From NCBI RefSeq assembly GCF_988243305.1, contig NZ_OZ547136.1: a stretch of 64,000 nt of DNA; one strand, written 5' to 3'. This document shows, in pieces, positions 1 to 10,614 of the stretch (position 1 is its first letter; every line of letters starts with the position of its first letter). A program made the position numbers and the translations under genes. The notes beneath the pieces were generated by a model, which was not told the origin of the DNA, made no database searches, and worked only from the letters and a program-made list of their open reading frames with translations.

Positions 1-153
1 AAACTAATACGAAATTCTCAACACACTTATCCACTTGAATTTGGCTTGCATCCGCAAAAACCAGATCACCGCCATTAAAATAGCGATATTCACCATTAAC
101 CATGGTGAGAATATATTTATGTCTTGCGTACGCAATTAGACAATTACCATGTA
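1..153 (-). CDS. gadX: AraC-family acid-resistance regulator GadX, N-terminal fragment (gene runs off the left edge of the window)
   Basis: Reverse complement of 1..153 translates from ATG at 153 as MQPLHGNCLIAYARHKYILTMVNGEYRYFNGGDLVFADASQ..., recognised as the GadX N-terminus; lies directly downstream of gadA as in the gadAX operon. Confidence 0.8.
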
Positions 154-463
154 GTGGTTGCATAGTTGACTTAATATTACATAAACATATTACTGTTTAT
201 TAATGTAGCACGCCGCCCTCTTAAGTCAAATTGATTGATAAATAAATTTTAACGAAGCGGGAAAACAGGATGATAATCTACGGGCAGGATGACTGGATTT
301 ATAATACAAAAGGCGTGCTTAAGAACGCAGTGAAATTAATAGCAAGCAAATAATACCTTGTAGTGACATTAAAAATATCCGTTACATTGAATAAACATTC
401 ATACAACATATATCTTATCAACACGATGAATAGACAGCCAATATATTATTGCGATTAATAAGC

Positions 464-510
464 AACCGAATGCCCAACTGTTTTTTAAAGGTTGGGCATT
501 CGGTTTTTAC
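464..510. terminator. Hairpin immediately 3' of gadA (aaccgaatgcccaac / gttgggcattcggtt) flanked by A/T runs; candidate bidirectional intrinsic terminator
   Basis: Perfect 15-bp inverted repeat with 12-nt loop and T-run on the plus side, 13 bp beyond the gadA stop. Confidence 0.6.
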
Positions 511-522
511 AACGTTATGTTA

Positions 523-1923
523 TCAGGTGTGTTTAAAGCTGTTCTGCTGGGCAATACCCTGCAGTTTCGGGTGATCGCTGAGATATTTCAGGGAGGCTTT
601 GTAGTCTTCCAGCAACAGTTCAGCAAAGTCCATTTCGAAGCCGCGACGACACATAATGCGCATCACCACGATGTCGGTGGCTTCACCGCCGAGAGTGAAG
701 GCCGGAACCTGCCAGCCGCGCAGACGCAGACGTTCAGAGAGGTCGTACAGGGTGTATCCCGGATCTTCACCCTCTTTCAGTTTGAAGCAAACCGCCGGGA
801 TGCCTTCGTCCGGGCGACCGGTACAGATGAACTCATACGGCCCCAGTTTGGCGATTTCATCCGCCAGATAAGCGGCAACCTGGTAAGAGGCGTTCTGTAC
901 TTTGGTATAGCCTTCACGACCGAGGCGCAGGAATTCATAGTACTGTGCAATTACCTGACCCGCCGGGCGGGAGAAGTTGATGGCGAAAGTCCCAATCTGA
1001 CCACCGAGGTAGTCAACGTTGAACACCAGTTCCTGCGGCAGCGCTTCTTCATCACGCCAGATAACCCAGCCGCAGCCCAGCGGAGCCAGACCGAATTTAT
1101 GGCCTGAAGCACTGATCGATTTCACACGCGGCAGGCGGAAGTCCCAGACGATATCCGGGGCGACGAACGGTGCCAGGAAGCCACCGCTGGCGGCGTCGAT
1201 GTGCATGTCGATGTCGATACCGGTGTCGGCCTGGAATTTATCCAGCGCATCGTGCAGCGGCTGCGGGAACTCATAGTTACCGGTATAGGTCACGCCGAAA
1301 GTCGGCACCACGCCGATGGTATTTTCGTCGCAGGCTTCAATCATGCGTTTCGGGTCCATAAACAACTGACCGGGGCGCATAGGGATCTCACGCAGCTCCA
1401 CATCCCAGTAGCGGGCAAATTTATGCCAGCAGATTTGTACCGGACCGCACACCAGGTTTGGTTTGTTGGTCGGCTTACCTGCGGCTTCCATACGCTTGCG
1501 CCAACGCCATTTCATCGCCATCCCGCCGAGCATACAGGCCTCGGAAGAACCAATGGTGTTGGTGCCAACGGCCTGACCATTTTTCGGCGCAGGCGCATGC
1601 CACAGATCGGCAACCATGTTTACGCAACGCAGGTCGATGGCTGCAGATTGCGGATATTCTTCTTTGTCGATCCAGTTTTTATTGATCGACAAATCCATCA
1701 ATTTATGGACGTTTTCGTCGTCCCAGGTCTGGCAGAAAGTGGCCAGGTTCTGACGAGCGTTGCCATCAAGATATAATTCATCATTGATAATCTGGAATGC
1801 GACATCATCGCGCATTTCGTGCAGCGGAAATCGTTTTGACTCCGCGATAGTAGAAATGGCCTTTGCGCCAAAACGTGAATCGAGTAGTTCTGAGCGGAAA
1901 TCCGTTAACAGCTTCTGGTCCAT
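523..1923 (-). CDS. gadA: Glutamate decarboxylase alpha (PLP-dependent), 466 aa
   Basis: ORF track 523..1986; canonical start [19 protein letters not shown] at the internal ATG (1923); PLP-lysine motif [13 protein letters not shown]; flanked by gadX and ccp, which distinguishes gadA from gadB. Confidence 0.96.
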   Translation of the reverse strand: MDQKLLTDFRSELLDSRFGAKAISTIAESKRFPLHEMRDDVAFQIINDELYLDGNARQNLATFCQTWDDENVHKLMDLSINKNWIDKEEYPQSAAIDLRCVNMVADLWHAPAPKNGQAVGTNTIGSSEACMLGGMAMKWRWRKRMEAAGKPTNKPNLVCGPVQICWHKFARYWDVELREIPMRPGQLFMDPKRMIEACDENTIGVVPTFGVTYTGNYEFPQPLHDALDKFQADTGIDIDMHIDAASGGFLAPFVAPDIVWDFRLPRVKSISASGHKFGLAPLGCGWVIWRDEEALPQELVFNVDYLGGQIGTFAINFSRPAGQVIAQYYEFLRLGREGYTKVQNASYQVAAYLADEIAKLGPYEFICTGRPDEGIPAVCFKLKEGEDPGYTLYDLSERLRLRGWQVPAFTLGGEATDIVVMRIMCRRGFEMDFAELLLEDYKASLKYLSDHPKLQGIAQQNSFKHT

Positions 1924-2002
1924 TTCGAACTCCTTAAATTTATTTGAAGGCAATAAAAAAGTAGGATTTATCCGCAATGGAAGCAAGGCATTACAGGCTT
2001 AA

Positions 2003-2022
2003 TTTAAATAACAAAATCCTAA
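2003..2022 (-). promoter_or_regulatory. GAD box (GadE/GadX-RcsB binding site) in the gadA promoter
   Basis: Minus-strand sequence TTAGGATTTTGTTATTTAAA is an exact match to the 20-bp GAD box consensus as I recall it, about 80 bp upstream of the gadA start. Confidence 0.8.
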
Positions 2023-2133
2023 GCAGAAAAACGACTTTTTATAATATAAACATTTAACATGATAATATTAAAAACAGACTTTATTATCGCAATAAAAATC
2101 ACCCGAACATTCCTGTTCGGGCGATTAAATTAA

Positions 2134-3531
2134 TTATTGTTTATCCTGCATATACGGCGTGTAAACCCCGTTCAGACTGTGCAGGAAAGCTACGATATCA
2201 TCCACATCCTCCTGCGGCAGCTCTTTGCCTACCTGATAGCGCAACATCAGTTTCACCGCCCCGTCCAGCGTCGGCACATCACCGCGATGGAAGTACGGTG
2301 CCGTTAGTGCAACGTTACGTAAACCGGGTACTTTCTGACGCAATTTATCGCGCTCTTCTTTAGTAACATTCATACGACCAATATCCGCCGCCGTAATTTC
2401 ACCAAAGTTAAAGTCTTTTTTCAGCCCCAACGGTTCGAAGGAACGTCCGCCGAGAATAATACCACCATGACAAGTTGCACATTTATTATCTTTAAATAAT
2501 TGATAGCCTTTTTTCTGTTGTGCCGTCAGCGCATTCTCATCTCCACGCAACCATTTATCAAATGGGGAATCCGGCGTAATTAATGTTTTCTCAAATTCAG
2601 CAATGGCATCAGTAATATTTTCGCCACTGAAACCTTGCGGATAGACTTCGAGGAACTGCGCTTTAAGCTGCGGATCTTTTTCCAGCTTAGCAATAATTTC
2701 GTCCCAGGATTTCGACGCCATTTCAATCGGATTCAACGGCGGTCCACCAGCCTGATCCTGCAATGTTGCCGCACGACCATCCCAGAACTGCTCAACGTTA
2801 AATACTGAGTTAAATACCGTCGGCGCGTTAATCGGCCCCACTGCGCCACCAACACCAATAGATGTTTTTCTGCCATCGACGCCCCCCGCATTCAACGCAT
2901 GGCAATGAGCGCATGAAATGGTGCTATCAGCCGATAAACGGGGATCGTGATACAGCGCAAAGCCCAACGCCACTTTTTGCGCATCGGTAGGCAGTTTTTG
3001 CGGGATGGGCTGCACCGGTTCATTGCGATGCTCCGGAGCAGTATCATTACTGGCGTAATATTCTGCGCGTTGTTTTGCAATCCAGGCGAGTATTTCCGCC
3101 CGCTCTTCATCACTTACCTTACCCGCCCAGTGTAGCGCGGTATAACGCGTTGGTGGCATGGTTTCATACTGCATCACCCATTCAATCTTATTCAGATCGC
3201 TTTGCGAAACGGGTTTATCAGCCAGCAGAGCCGCACGCACGGCCTCGAGGTTAAAAGATTTATATCCAAGCTTAATGTCGTAATCCATCAACTGTTTCGC
3301 GCCAGGAATATAATAATAGGCGGGTAATTCTGCCGAAGGCGTGTGGCAATAGTCGCATCCTTTTTCGCGGAGAAAGCCTAAAACCTTATTATTTTCACTG
3401 ACAGCAGATGCCTGAACATCAGCCTGTTTACTGCGTTTATTATCGTGGTACCACACATAACCAGATAACCCTAAATAGCAAATCGCGACGCCAGCCAGGC
3501 CGATCGCGGTAATACGTGAGACCATTTTCAT
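2134..3531 (-). CDS. ccp: Cytochrome c peroxidase (di-haem, periplasmic), 465 aa
   Basis: ORF track; two CxxCH haem motifs (CDYCH, CAHCH) and a third (CATCH); N-terminal signal anchor; recognised as YhjA/Ccp. Confidence 0.95.
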   Translation of the reverse strand: MKMVSRITAIGLAGVAICYLGLSGYVWYHDNKRSKQADVQASAVSENNKVLGFLREKGCDYCHTPSAELPAYYYIPGAKQLMDYDIKLGYKSFNLEAVRAALLADKPVSQSDLNKIEWVMQYETMPPTRYTALHWAGKVSDEERAEILAWIAKQRAEYYASNDTAPEHRNEPVQPIPQKLPTDAQKVALGFALYHDPRLSADSTISCAHCHALNAGGVDGRKTSIGVGGAVGPINAPTVFNSVFNVEQFWDGRAATLQDQAGGPPLNPIEMASKSWDEIIAKLEKDPQLKAQFLEVYPQGFSGENITDAIAEFEKTLITPDSPFDKWLRGDENALTAQQKKGYQLFKDNKCATCHGGIILGGRSFEPLGLKKDFNFGEITAADIGRMNVTKEERDKLRQKVPGLRNVALTAPYFHRGDVPTLDGAVKLMLRYQVGKELPQEDVDDIVAFLHSLNGVYTPYMQDKQ

Positions 3532-3905
3532 TATTCTTCCCTCACGGTGGTGAGTTATTGTGACCCAGAAAATTTTCCAGAATGCTGCAAACGTCTCTGC
3601 GAGACAAAGCCATCATAAAAAACAGGGAGATACGCTTTTTGATAGGAATCAATCAATTACATGAATATAAACTATCAATAAGATAGCCTGTGCCTATTAT
3701 CCAGATCAGGAATGGCATAACATGATTGCGGCGAGAGCAGGATTGAATGTTCTGAAAATGAAAAACAACACGAAATCTGTATTTTTATAAATTCCATGGA
3801 TATTAGTGCGTTATATTTTTTGACAGGTAAATAAACGTGATCCACCGCACGCTTTGTCGCCCACAAGGCGGAGCGAATGACTACCCTTAAAGAAAAGCCC
3901 GATAA

Positions 3906-5585
<1,680 letters not shown>

Positions 5586-5590
5586 TATTT

Positions 5591-5630
5591 TTACAGCCAG
5601 CCGCTAACTTCCTGCTGGCTGTAAAATTAT
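5591..5630. terminator. Hairpin between convergent treF and yhjB (acagccagc / gctggctgt)
   Basis: 9-bp inverted repeat with A/T-rich flanks in the 50-bp gap between the two stop codons. Confidence 0.55.
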
Positions 5631-5635
5631 CCTCT

Positions 5636-6238
5636 TCAGGAGGAGATATTTAACATCATTGCCGCCTGGGTGCGATTTTTCACTTCCAGACGGCGATACA
5701 GGGATTCCAGATGCGCTTTTACCGTTCCGGTACTGATATTCAGCGCCCTGCCGATCTCCTTATTTGATTCGCCCGCCGCTAACATGGTTAAAATCTCCCG
5801 CTGGCGGGCGCTTAACGATTTGAGATCTTTAATGTCCTTTTCCGGCGTCGTCCGCCAGTCTCCAGGCAGAAACATCATCCCCATCGCCGCACTATTTACC
5901 GCCAACGCAAATGTCTCGACGGTTGAATCACGAGGCACAATGGCCAGCACATTAAAATGGATAACTTCCTGTAACCACCGTTTATTGCAATCCGTCGCCG
6001 TAATTAACACCTTAACCTCAGGAAATTGCACCACGGTTTTTTGCAGTAACCAGTAGCAAAACTCACCATCCTGATCGCCATCGAGCATCACTAAGGCTTC
6101 AGGGTAACTTTCCAGCTTTTGCCATAACTCATCTGCCTGACTGGCCCCCTGAATACTCACTCCTGGAATACGTTGCTGTAAACTGATTTTCATTCCATGA
6201 ATAAATATTGACTGCCTGTCAAACATGACTATTTGCAT
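5636..6238 (-). CDS. yhjB: LuxR/FixJ-family transcriptional regulator (receiver-like N-terminus, C-terminal HTH), 200 aa
   Basis: ORF track; C-terminal LuxR-type HTH (LSARQREILTMLAAGESNKEIGRALNISTGTVKAHL). Confidence 0.93.
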   Translation of the reverse strand: MQIVMFDRQSIFIHGMKISLQQRIPGVSIQGASQADELWQKLESYPEALVMLDGDQDGEFCYWLLQKTVVQFPEVKVLITATDCNKRWLQEVIHFNVLAIVPRDSTVETFALAVNSAAMGMMFLPGDWRTTPEKDIKDLKSLSARQREILTMLAAGESNKEIGRALNISTGTVKAHLESLYRRLEVKNRTQAAMMLNISS

Positions 6239-6757
6239 AACTGAATCTCCACCTGAATACGTTAAAAAGACTTAAGTAGTGGAAGGGTATTACCCGCGAG
6301 AAAAAATAAGAATTCGCCATTTGGCGGTGGCCATTCTACAGAGATGACGCGTAGAAAATAGTTACCGATATAAATCGTTACAGCTAAACGCCTGAAATTA
6401 CATGTCAAGGGCACTATTTAAAACAATTTTGAGGATTTCCTTATATTGATGGTTAGTACGCATGCAATTAAAAATGAAATTCCGCGACCACAAGCAAAAA
6501 TAACAAATGGCAATGAGACAAAAATAAGCACAAATAGCCAACACGTCCTCTGTTCACTTTAAAGGGAATCGCTGAAAAAAACTCTCTGTTTAGGGAAATT
6601 CACCTTTCTCATAAAGCTATTCCGCCCTTTTCCTGCTGAGAAATCGCCACATTCGTCATGACAACATTGTGAAACCCGGCATTAGATGTTAGAAAAAACA
6701 ATAAACAATGCGATATGCGCGTTACTGTTTCGCTGTGAACAACAATCGGTCAAAGAA

Positions 6758-7657
6758 ATGGATAAAATTCACGCAATGCAGTTGTTCATCAAAGTCGCTG
6801 AGCTGGAAAGTTTTTCCCGCGCGGCGGATTTCTTTGCTTTGCCAAAGGGAAGTGTTTCGCGCCAGATACAGGCACTGGAACATCAACTTGGCACCCAGCT
6901 TCTCCAGCGCACCACGCGGCGGGTCAAACTCACGCCAGAAGGCATGACCTATTATCAACGGGCAAAAGATGTGTTGAGTAATCTCAACGAACTGGACGGT
7001 CTGTTTCAACAGGATGCCACCAGTATCAGCGGTAAATTACGCATCGACATCCCGCCAGGAATCGCGAAAAGCCTGTTACTGCCGCGTCTGTCAGAATTTC
7101 TCTATCTGCATCCGGGAATTGAGTTGGAGCTGAGTAGCCATGACCGTCCGGTAGATATTCTTCACGATGGTTTTGATTGCGTGATACGCACTGGCGCGTC
7201 ACCGGAAGATGGCGTTATCGCCCGTCCCCTCGGCAAACTGACCGTGGTCAATTGTGCCAGTCCACACTATCTGACGCGCTTTGGTTATCCTCAAAGCCCC
7301 GACGATCTGACTTCGCACGCAATAGTGCGTTACACACCGCACCTGGGTGTACATCCGTTAGGTTTTGAGGTTGCCAGCGTTAATGGCGTCCAGTGGTTTA
7401 AGTCTGGCGGCATGTTGACGGTAAACAGTCGCGAAAACTATCTCGCCGCCGGTCTTGCCGGTCTGGGGATTATTCAGATCCCGCGCATTGCCGTGCGCGA
7501 AGCCCTGCGTGCCGGGAGGCTTATTGAAGTATTACCTGGCTACCGTGCCGAGCCGCTCTCCCTTTCGCTGATTTATCCGCAGCGTCGGGAGCTTTCCCGG
7601 CGTGTAAACCTGTTTATGCAGTGGCTGGCTGGCGTAATGAAAGAGCACCTGGACTGA
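6758..7657 (+). CDS. yhjC: LysR-family transcriptional regulator, 299 aa
   Basis: ORF track 6686..7657; start placed at the internal ATG (MDKIHAMQLFIKVAELESFSRAA) so that the LysR HTH sits at the usual distance from the N-terminus; the upstream ATG at 6686 is an alternative. Confidence 0.88.
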   Translation: MDKIHAMQLFIKVAELESFSRAADFFALPKGSVSRQIQALEHQLGTQLLQRTTRRVKLTPEGMTYYQRAKDVLSNLNELDGLFQQDATSISGKLRIDIPPGIAKSLLLPRLSEFLYLHPGIELELSSHDRPVDILHDGFDCVIRTGASPEDGVIARPLGKLTVVNCASPHYLTRFGYPQSPDDLTSHAIVRYTPHLGVHPLGFEVASVNGVQWFKSGGMLTVNSRENYLAAGLAGLGIIQIPRIAVREALRAGRLIEVLPGYRAEPLSLSLIYPQRRELSRRVNLFMQWLAGVMKEHLD

Positions 7658-7705
7658 CCGACTATACTTTTTAAGAATGACCACGACAGAAGGACAAAAG
7701 AGCGG

Positions 7706-8719
7706 ATGACGCAGGAAAACGAGATCAAACGTCCCACCCAGGATCTGGAGCACGAGCCGATTAAGCAGTTGGATAATAGCGAGAAAGGCGGCAAAGTTAG
7801 CCAGGCGCTGGAAACCGTCACCACTACTGCCGAGAAAGTCCAACGCCAACCGGTTATTGCGCACCTGATTCGCGCAACAGAGCGCTTTAACGATCGGCTG
7901 GGTAACCAGTTTGGTGCGGCTATCACCTATTTCTCATTTTTGTCGATGATCCCGATTTTGATGGTGTCGTTTGCCGCAGGGGGCTTTGTGCTGGCCTCCC
8001 ATCCGATGTTGCTACAGGATATCTTCGACAAAATTCTGCAAAACATCAGCGATCCGACGCTAGCCGCCACGTTGAAAAACACCATCAACACCGCCGTTCA
8101 GCAGCGTACTACCGTAGGGCTTGTCGGCCTGGCGGTGGCGCTTTATTCCGGCATCAACTGGATGGGTAACCTGCGTGAAGCGATTCGCGCCCAGTCACGC
8201 GATGTCTGGGAACGCTCGCCGCAAGATCAGGAGAAGTTCTGGGTAAAATATCTGCGTGATTTTATTTCGCTGATTGGTTTGTTGATTGCACTGATTGTGA
8301 CGCTTTCGATCACCTCGGTTGCCGGTTCGGCGCAGCAAATGATTATTAGCGCCCTGCACCTGAACAGCATTGAGTGGCTGAAACCGACGTGGCGGTTGAT
8401 TGGCCTGGCGATTTCCATCTTCGCCAACTATCTGCTTTTCTTTTGGATCTTCTGGCGCTTGCCGCGCCACCGTCCGCGCAAAAAAGCCCTGATTCGCGGA
8501 ACATTTCTGGCTGCGATTGGTTTTGAAGTGATTAAAATCGTGATGACCTACACCCTGCCATCGCTGATGAAATCCCCCTCTGGCGCAGCATTTGGTTCCG
8601 TGCTGGGACTGATGGCGTTTTTCTACTTCTTCGCCCGTTTGACGCTGTTTTGCGCGGCGTGGATTGCCACCGCCGAATATAAAGACGACCCGCGAATGCC
8701 GGGGAAAACGCAGCGGTAA
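7706..8719 (+). CDS. yhjD: Inner-membrane protein of the YihY/RNase BN-like family, 337 aa
   Basis: ORF track; multiple hydrophobic segments; recognised as YhjD. Confidence 0.92.
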   Translation: MTQENEIKRPTQDLEHEPIKQLDNSEKGGKVSQALETVTTTAEKVQRQPVIAHLIRATERFNDRLGNQFGAAITYFSFLSMIPILMVSFAAGGFVLASHPMLLQDIFDKILQNISDPTLAATLKNTINTAVQQRTTVGLVGLAVALYSGINWMGNLREAIRAQSRDVWERSPQDQEKFWVKYLRDFISLIGLLIALIVTLSITSVAGSAQQMIISALHLNSIEWLKPTWRLIGLAISIFANYLLFFWIFWRLPRHRPRKKALIRGTFLAAIGFEVIKIVMTYTLPSLMKSPSGAAFGSVLGLMAFFYFFARLTLFCAAWIATAEYKDDPRMPGKTQR

Positions 8720-8754
8720 TTCATTGGTTTATAATGCCTGATAAACGCACGGTC

Positions 8755-8800
8755 GATCCCCTCGCCCCTTCGGGGAGAGGATTAGGGTGAGGGGGTACAA
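8755..8800. repeat. GC-rich palindromic intergenic element (cccctcgcccc ttcg gggagagg ... gggtgaggggg)
   Basis: Imperfect inverted repeats of C-rich and G-rich runs 36 bp after the yhjD stop; could serve as the yhjD terminator or be a small intergenic repeat. Confidence 0.4.
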
Positions 8801-9110
8801 GCCAGCCAGAGACCAGGCAATGACATACACATAACCACCTGAAACTACATCTCTTCAGGAGCAAACAATTTCATACCAACTCATAACCCCAGCATATAAA
8901 TCCAGTTGGTAACTTTTATTTAACCTGAAACCAGTTTTATCCACTATTTATAAAATTATGTGAAGCATTTCATAGAAGAAAAATCACTGGCCTAAACATT
9001 ATCCCCTTTTTGCCTGGTTTTTGACCATTTCCGCGATTTGTTACACATTGAAATATCACTTTTGCTGTGCGTAATATGGCTATTCGTTAGCCAAAAAATA
9101 AGAAAAGATT

Positions 9111-10433
9111 ATGCAAGCAACAGCCACAACACTCGACCACGAGCAAGAATACACGCCGATCAACTCGCGTAATAAAGTCCTTGTCGCCTCTCTCATTGGC
9201 ACGGCCATTGAGTTCTTCGACTTTTACATTTACGCCACTGCGGCCGTTATTGTGTTTCCGCATATCTTCTTCCCGCAGGGCGATCCTACGGCAGCAACGC
9301 TCCAGTCGCTCGCCACCTTCGCCATCGCCTTCGTCGCGCGCCCTATTGGCTCTGCCGTTTTTGGTCATTTTGGCGATCGCGTTGGGCGTAAAGCGACGCT
9401 GGTCGCCTCGTTGCTAACGATGGGGATTTCGACCGTGGTGATTGGTCTGCTGCCGGGCTATGCCACGATTGGTATTTTCGCCCCGCTGCTGCTGGCGCTG
9501 GCTCGATTTGGTCAGGGTCTGGGCTTAGGCGGTGAATGGGGCGGTGCGGCGCTGCTGGCGACTGAAAACGCCCCACCGCGCAAACGTGCTCTGTATGGCT
9601 CCTTCCCACAGCTGGGCGCACCGATTGGCTTCTTCTTTGCCAACGGCACTTTCTTGCTGCTTTCCTGGCTACTGACCGACGAGCAGTTTATGAGCTGGGG
9701 CTGGCGTGTGCCATTTATCTTCTCGGCGGTGCTGGTCATTATCGGCCTGTATGTTCGCGTGTCGCTGCATGAGTCGCCGGTGTTTGAGAAAGTCGCTAAA
9801 GCGAAAAAGCAGGTGAAGATCCCGCTGGGTACGCTGCTGACCAAACACGTACGCGTCACGGTGCTCGGTACCTTCATCATGCTGGCAACCTATACGCTGT
9901 TTTACATCATGACGGTCTACTCTATGACCTTTAGTACCGCCGCCGCGCCAGTTGGGCTTGGCCTGCCGCGTAACGAAGTGTTGTGGATGCTGATGATGGC
10001 AGTGATTGGTTTTGGCGTGATGGTACCAGTCGCCGGATTACTGGCTGATGCCTTTGGTCGCCGTAAAAGCATGGTAATCATCACCACGCTGATCATCCTG
10101 TTCGCGCTGTTCGCCTTTAACCCTCTGCTCGGTTCTGGCAACCCGATTCTGGTTTTTGCCTTCCTGCTGCTGGGGTTAAGTCTGATGGGACTGACCTTCG
10201 GGCCGATGGGCGCGCTGTTACCAGAGCTGTTCCCGACAGAAGTGCGTTACACCGGAGCATCGTTCTCTTACAACGTAGCGTCGATTCTCGGGGCTTCCGT
10301 TGCGCCGTATATCGCAGCCTGGTTGCAGACTAACTACGGGTTAGGTGCGGTGGGGTTATATCTGGCGGCGATGGCTGGCTTGACCTTAATCGCCCTACTG
10401 CTGACCCATGAGACGCGACATCAATCGTTGTAA
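9111..10433 (+). CDS. yhjE: MFS transporter (metabolite:H+ symporter family), 440 aa
   Basis: ORF track; 12-TM-like hydrophobicity; MFS motif GHFGDRVGRK. Confidence 0.94.
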   Translation: MQATATTLDHEQEYTPINSRNKVLVASLIGTAIEFFDFYIYATAAVIVFPHIFFPQGDPTAATLQSLATFAIAFVARPIGSAVFGHFGDRVGRKATLVASLLTMGISTVVIGLLPGYATIGIFAPLLLALARFGQGLGLGGEWGGAALLATENAPPRKRALYGSFPQLGAPIGFFFANGTFLLLSWLLTDEQFMSWGWRVPFIFSAVLVIIGLYVRVSLHESPVFEKVAKAKKQVKIPLGTLLTKHVRVTVLGTFIMLATYTLFYIMTVYSMTFSTAAAPVGLGLPRNEVLWMLMMAVIGFGVMVPVAGLLADAFGRRKSMVIITTLIILFALFAFNPLLGSGNPILVFAFLLLGLSLMGLTFGPMGALLPELFPTEVRYTGASFSYNVASILGASVAPYIAAWLQTNYGLGAVGLYLAAMAGLTLIALLLTHETRHQSL

Positions 10434-10445
10434 TAAGAGTGAAAA

Positions 10446-10543
10446 GCCTGATGCGCTACGCTTATCAGGCCTGAATTTCCATACAATATATTGAATTCGC
10501 AAAGATTTGTAGGACGGATAAGGCGTTCACGCCGCATCCGGCA
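10446..10543. repeat. Pair of REP (repetitive extragenic palindrome) units, BIME-like
   Basis: gcctgatgcgctacgcttatcaggcct and gtaggacggataaggcgttcacgccgcatccggca match the classical REP pattern. Confidence 0.8.
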
Positions 10544-10581
10544 TGAACAAAGCACACTTTGCCAACACTCTAAATCTGTTT

Positions 10582-10610
10582 AATTGCCGGATGTCAGACA
10601 TCCGGCAATT
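10582..10610 (-). terminator. Perfect hairpin (aattgccggatg tcaga catccggcaatt) just 3' of the yhjG stop
   Basis: 12-bp inverted repeat 5 bp beyond the yhjG stop codon. Confidence 0.5.
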
Positions 10611-10614
10611 ATCA

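Noticed and set aside
517-1107. 196-aa plus-strand ORF inside gadA, and similar ORFs at 1201..1776 and 1458..1685
   Set aside because: They lie antisense within the well-supported gadA coding region, have no recognisable family and no ribosome-binding site; shadow ORFs of a GC-biased gene
3675-3866. 63-aa ORF in the ccp-treF divergent intergenic region
   Set aside because: No Shine-Dalgarno, AT-rich promoter-like sequence, no family resemblance
6239-6757. 519-bp yhjB-yhjC intergenic region as a possible sRNA or small-protein locus
   Set aside because: AT-rich divergent promoter region with no ORF of 60 aa or more and no hairpin plus U-run; nothing to support a call without expression data
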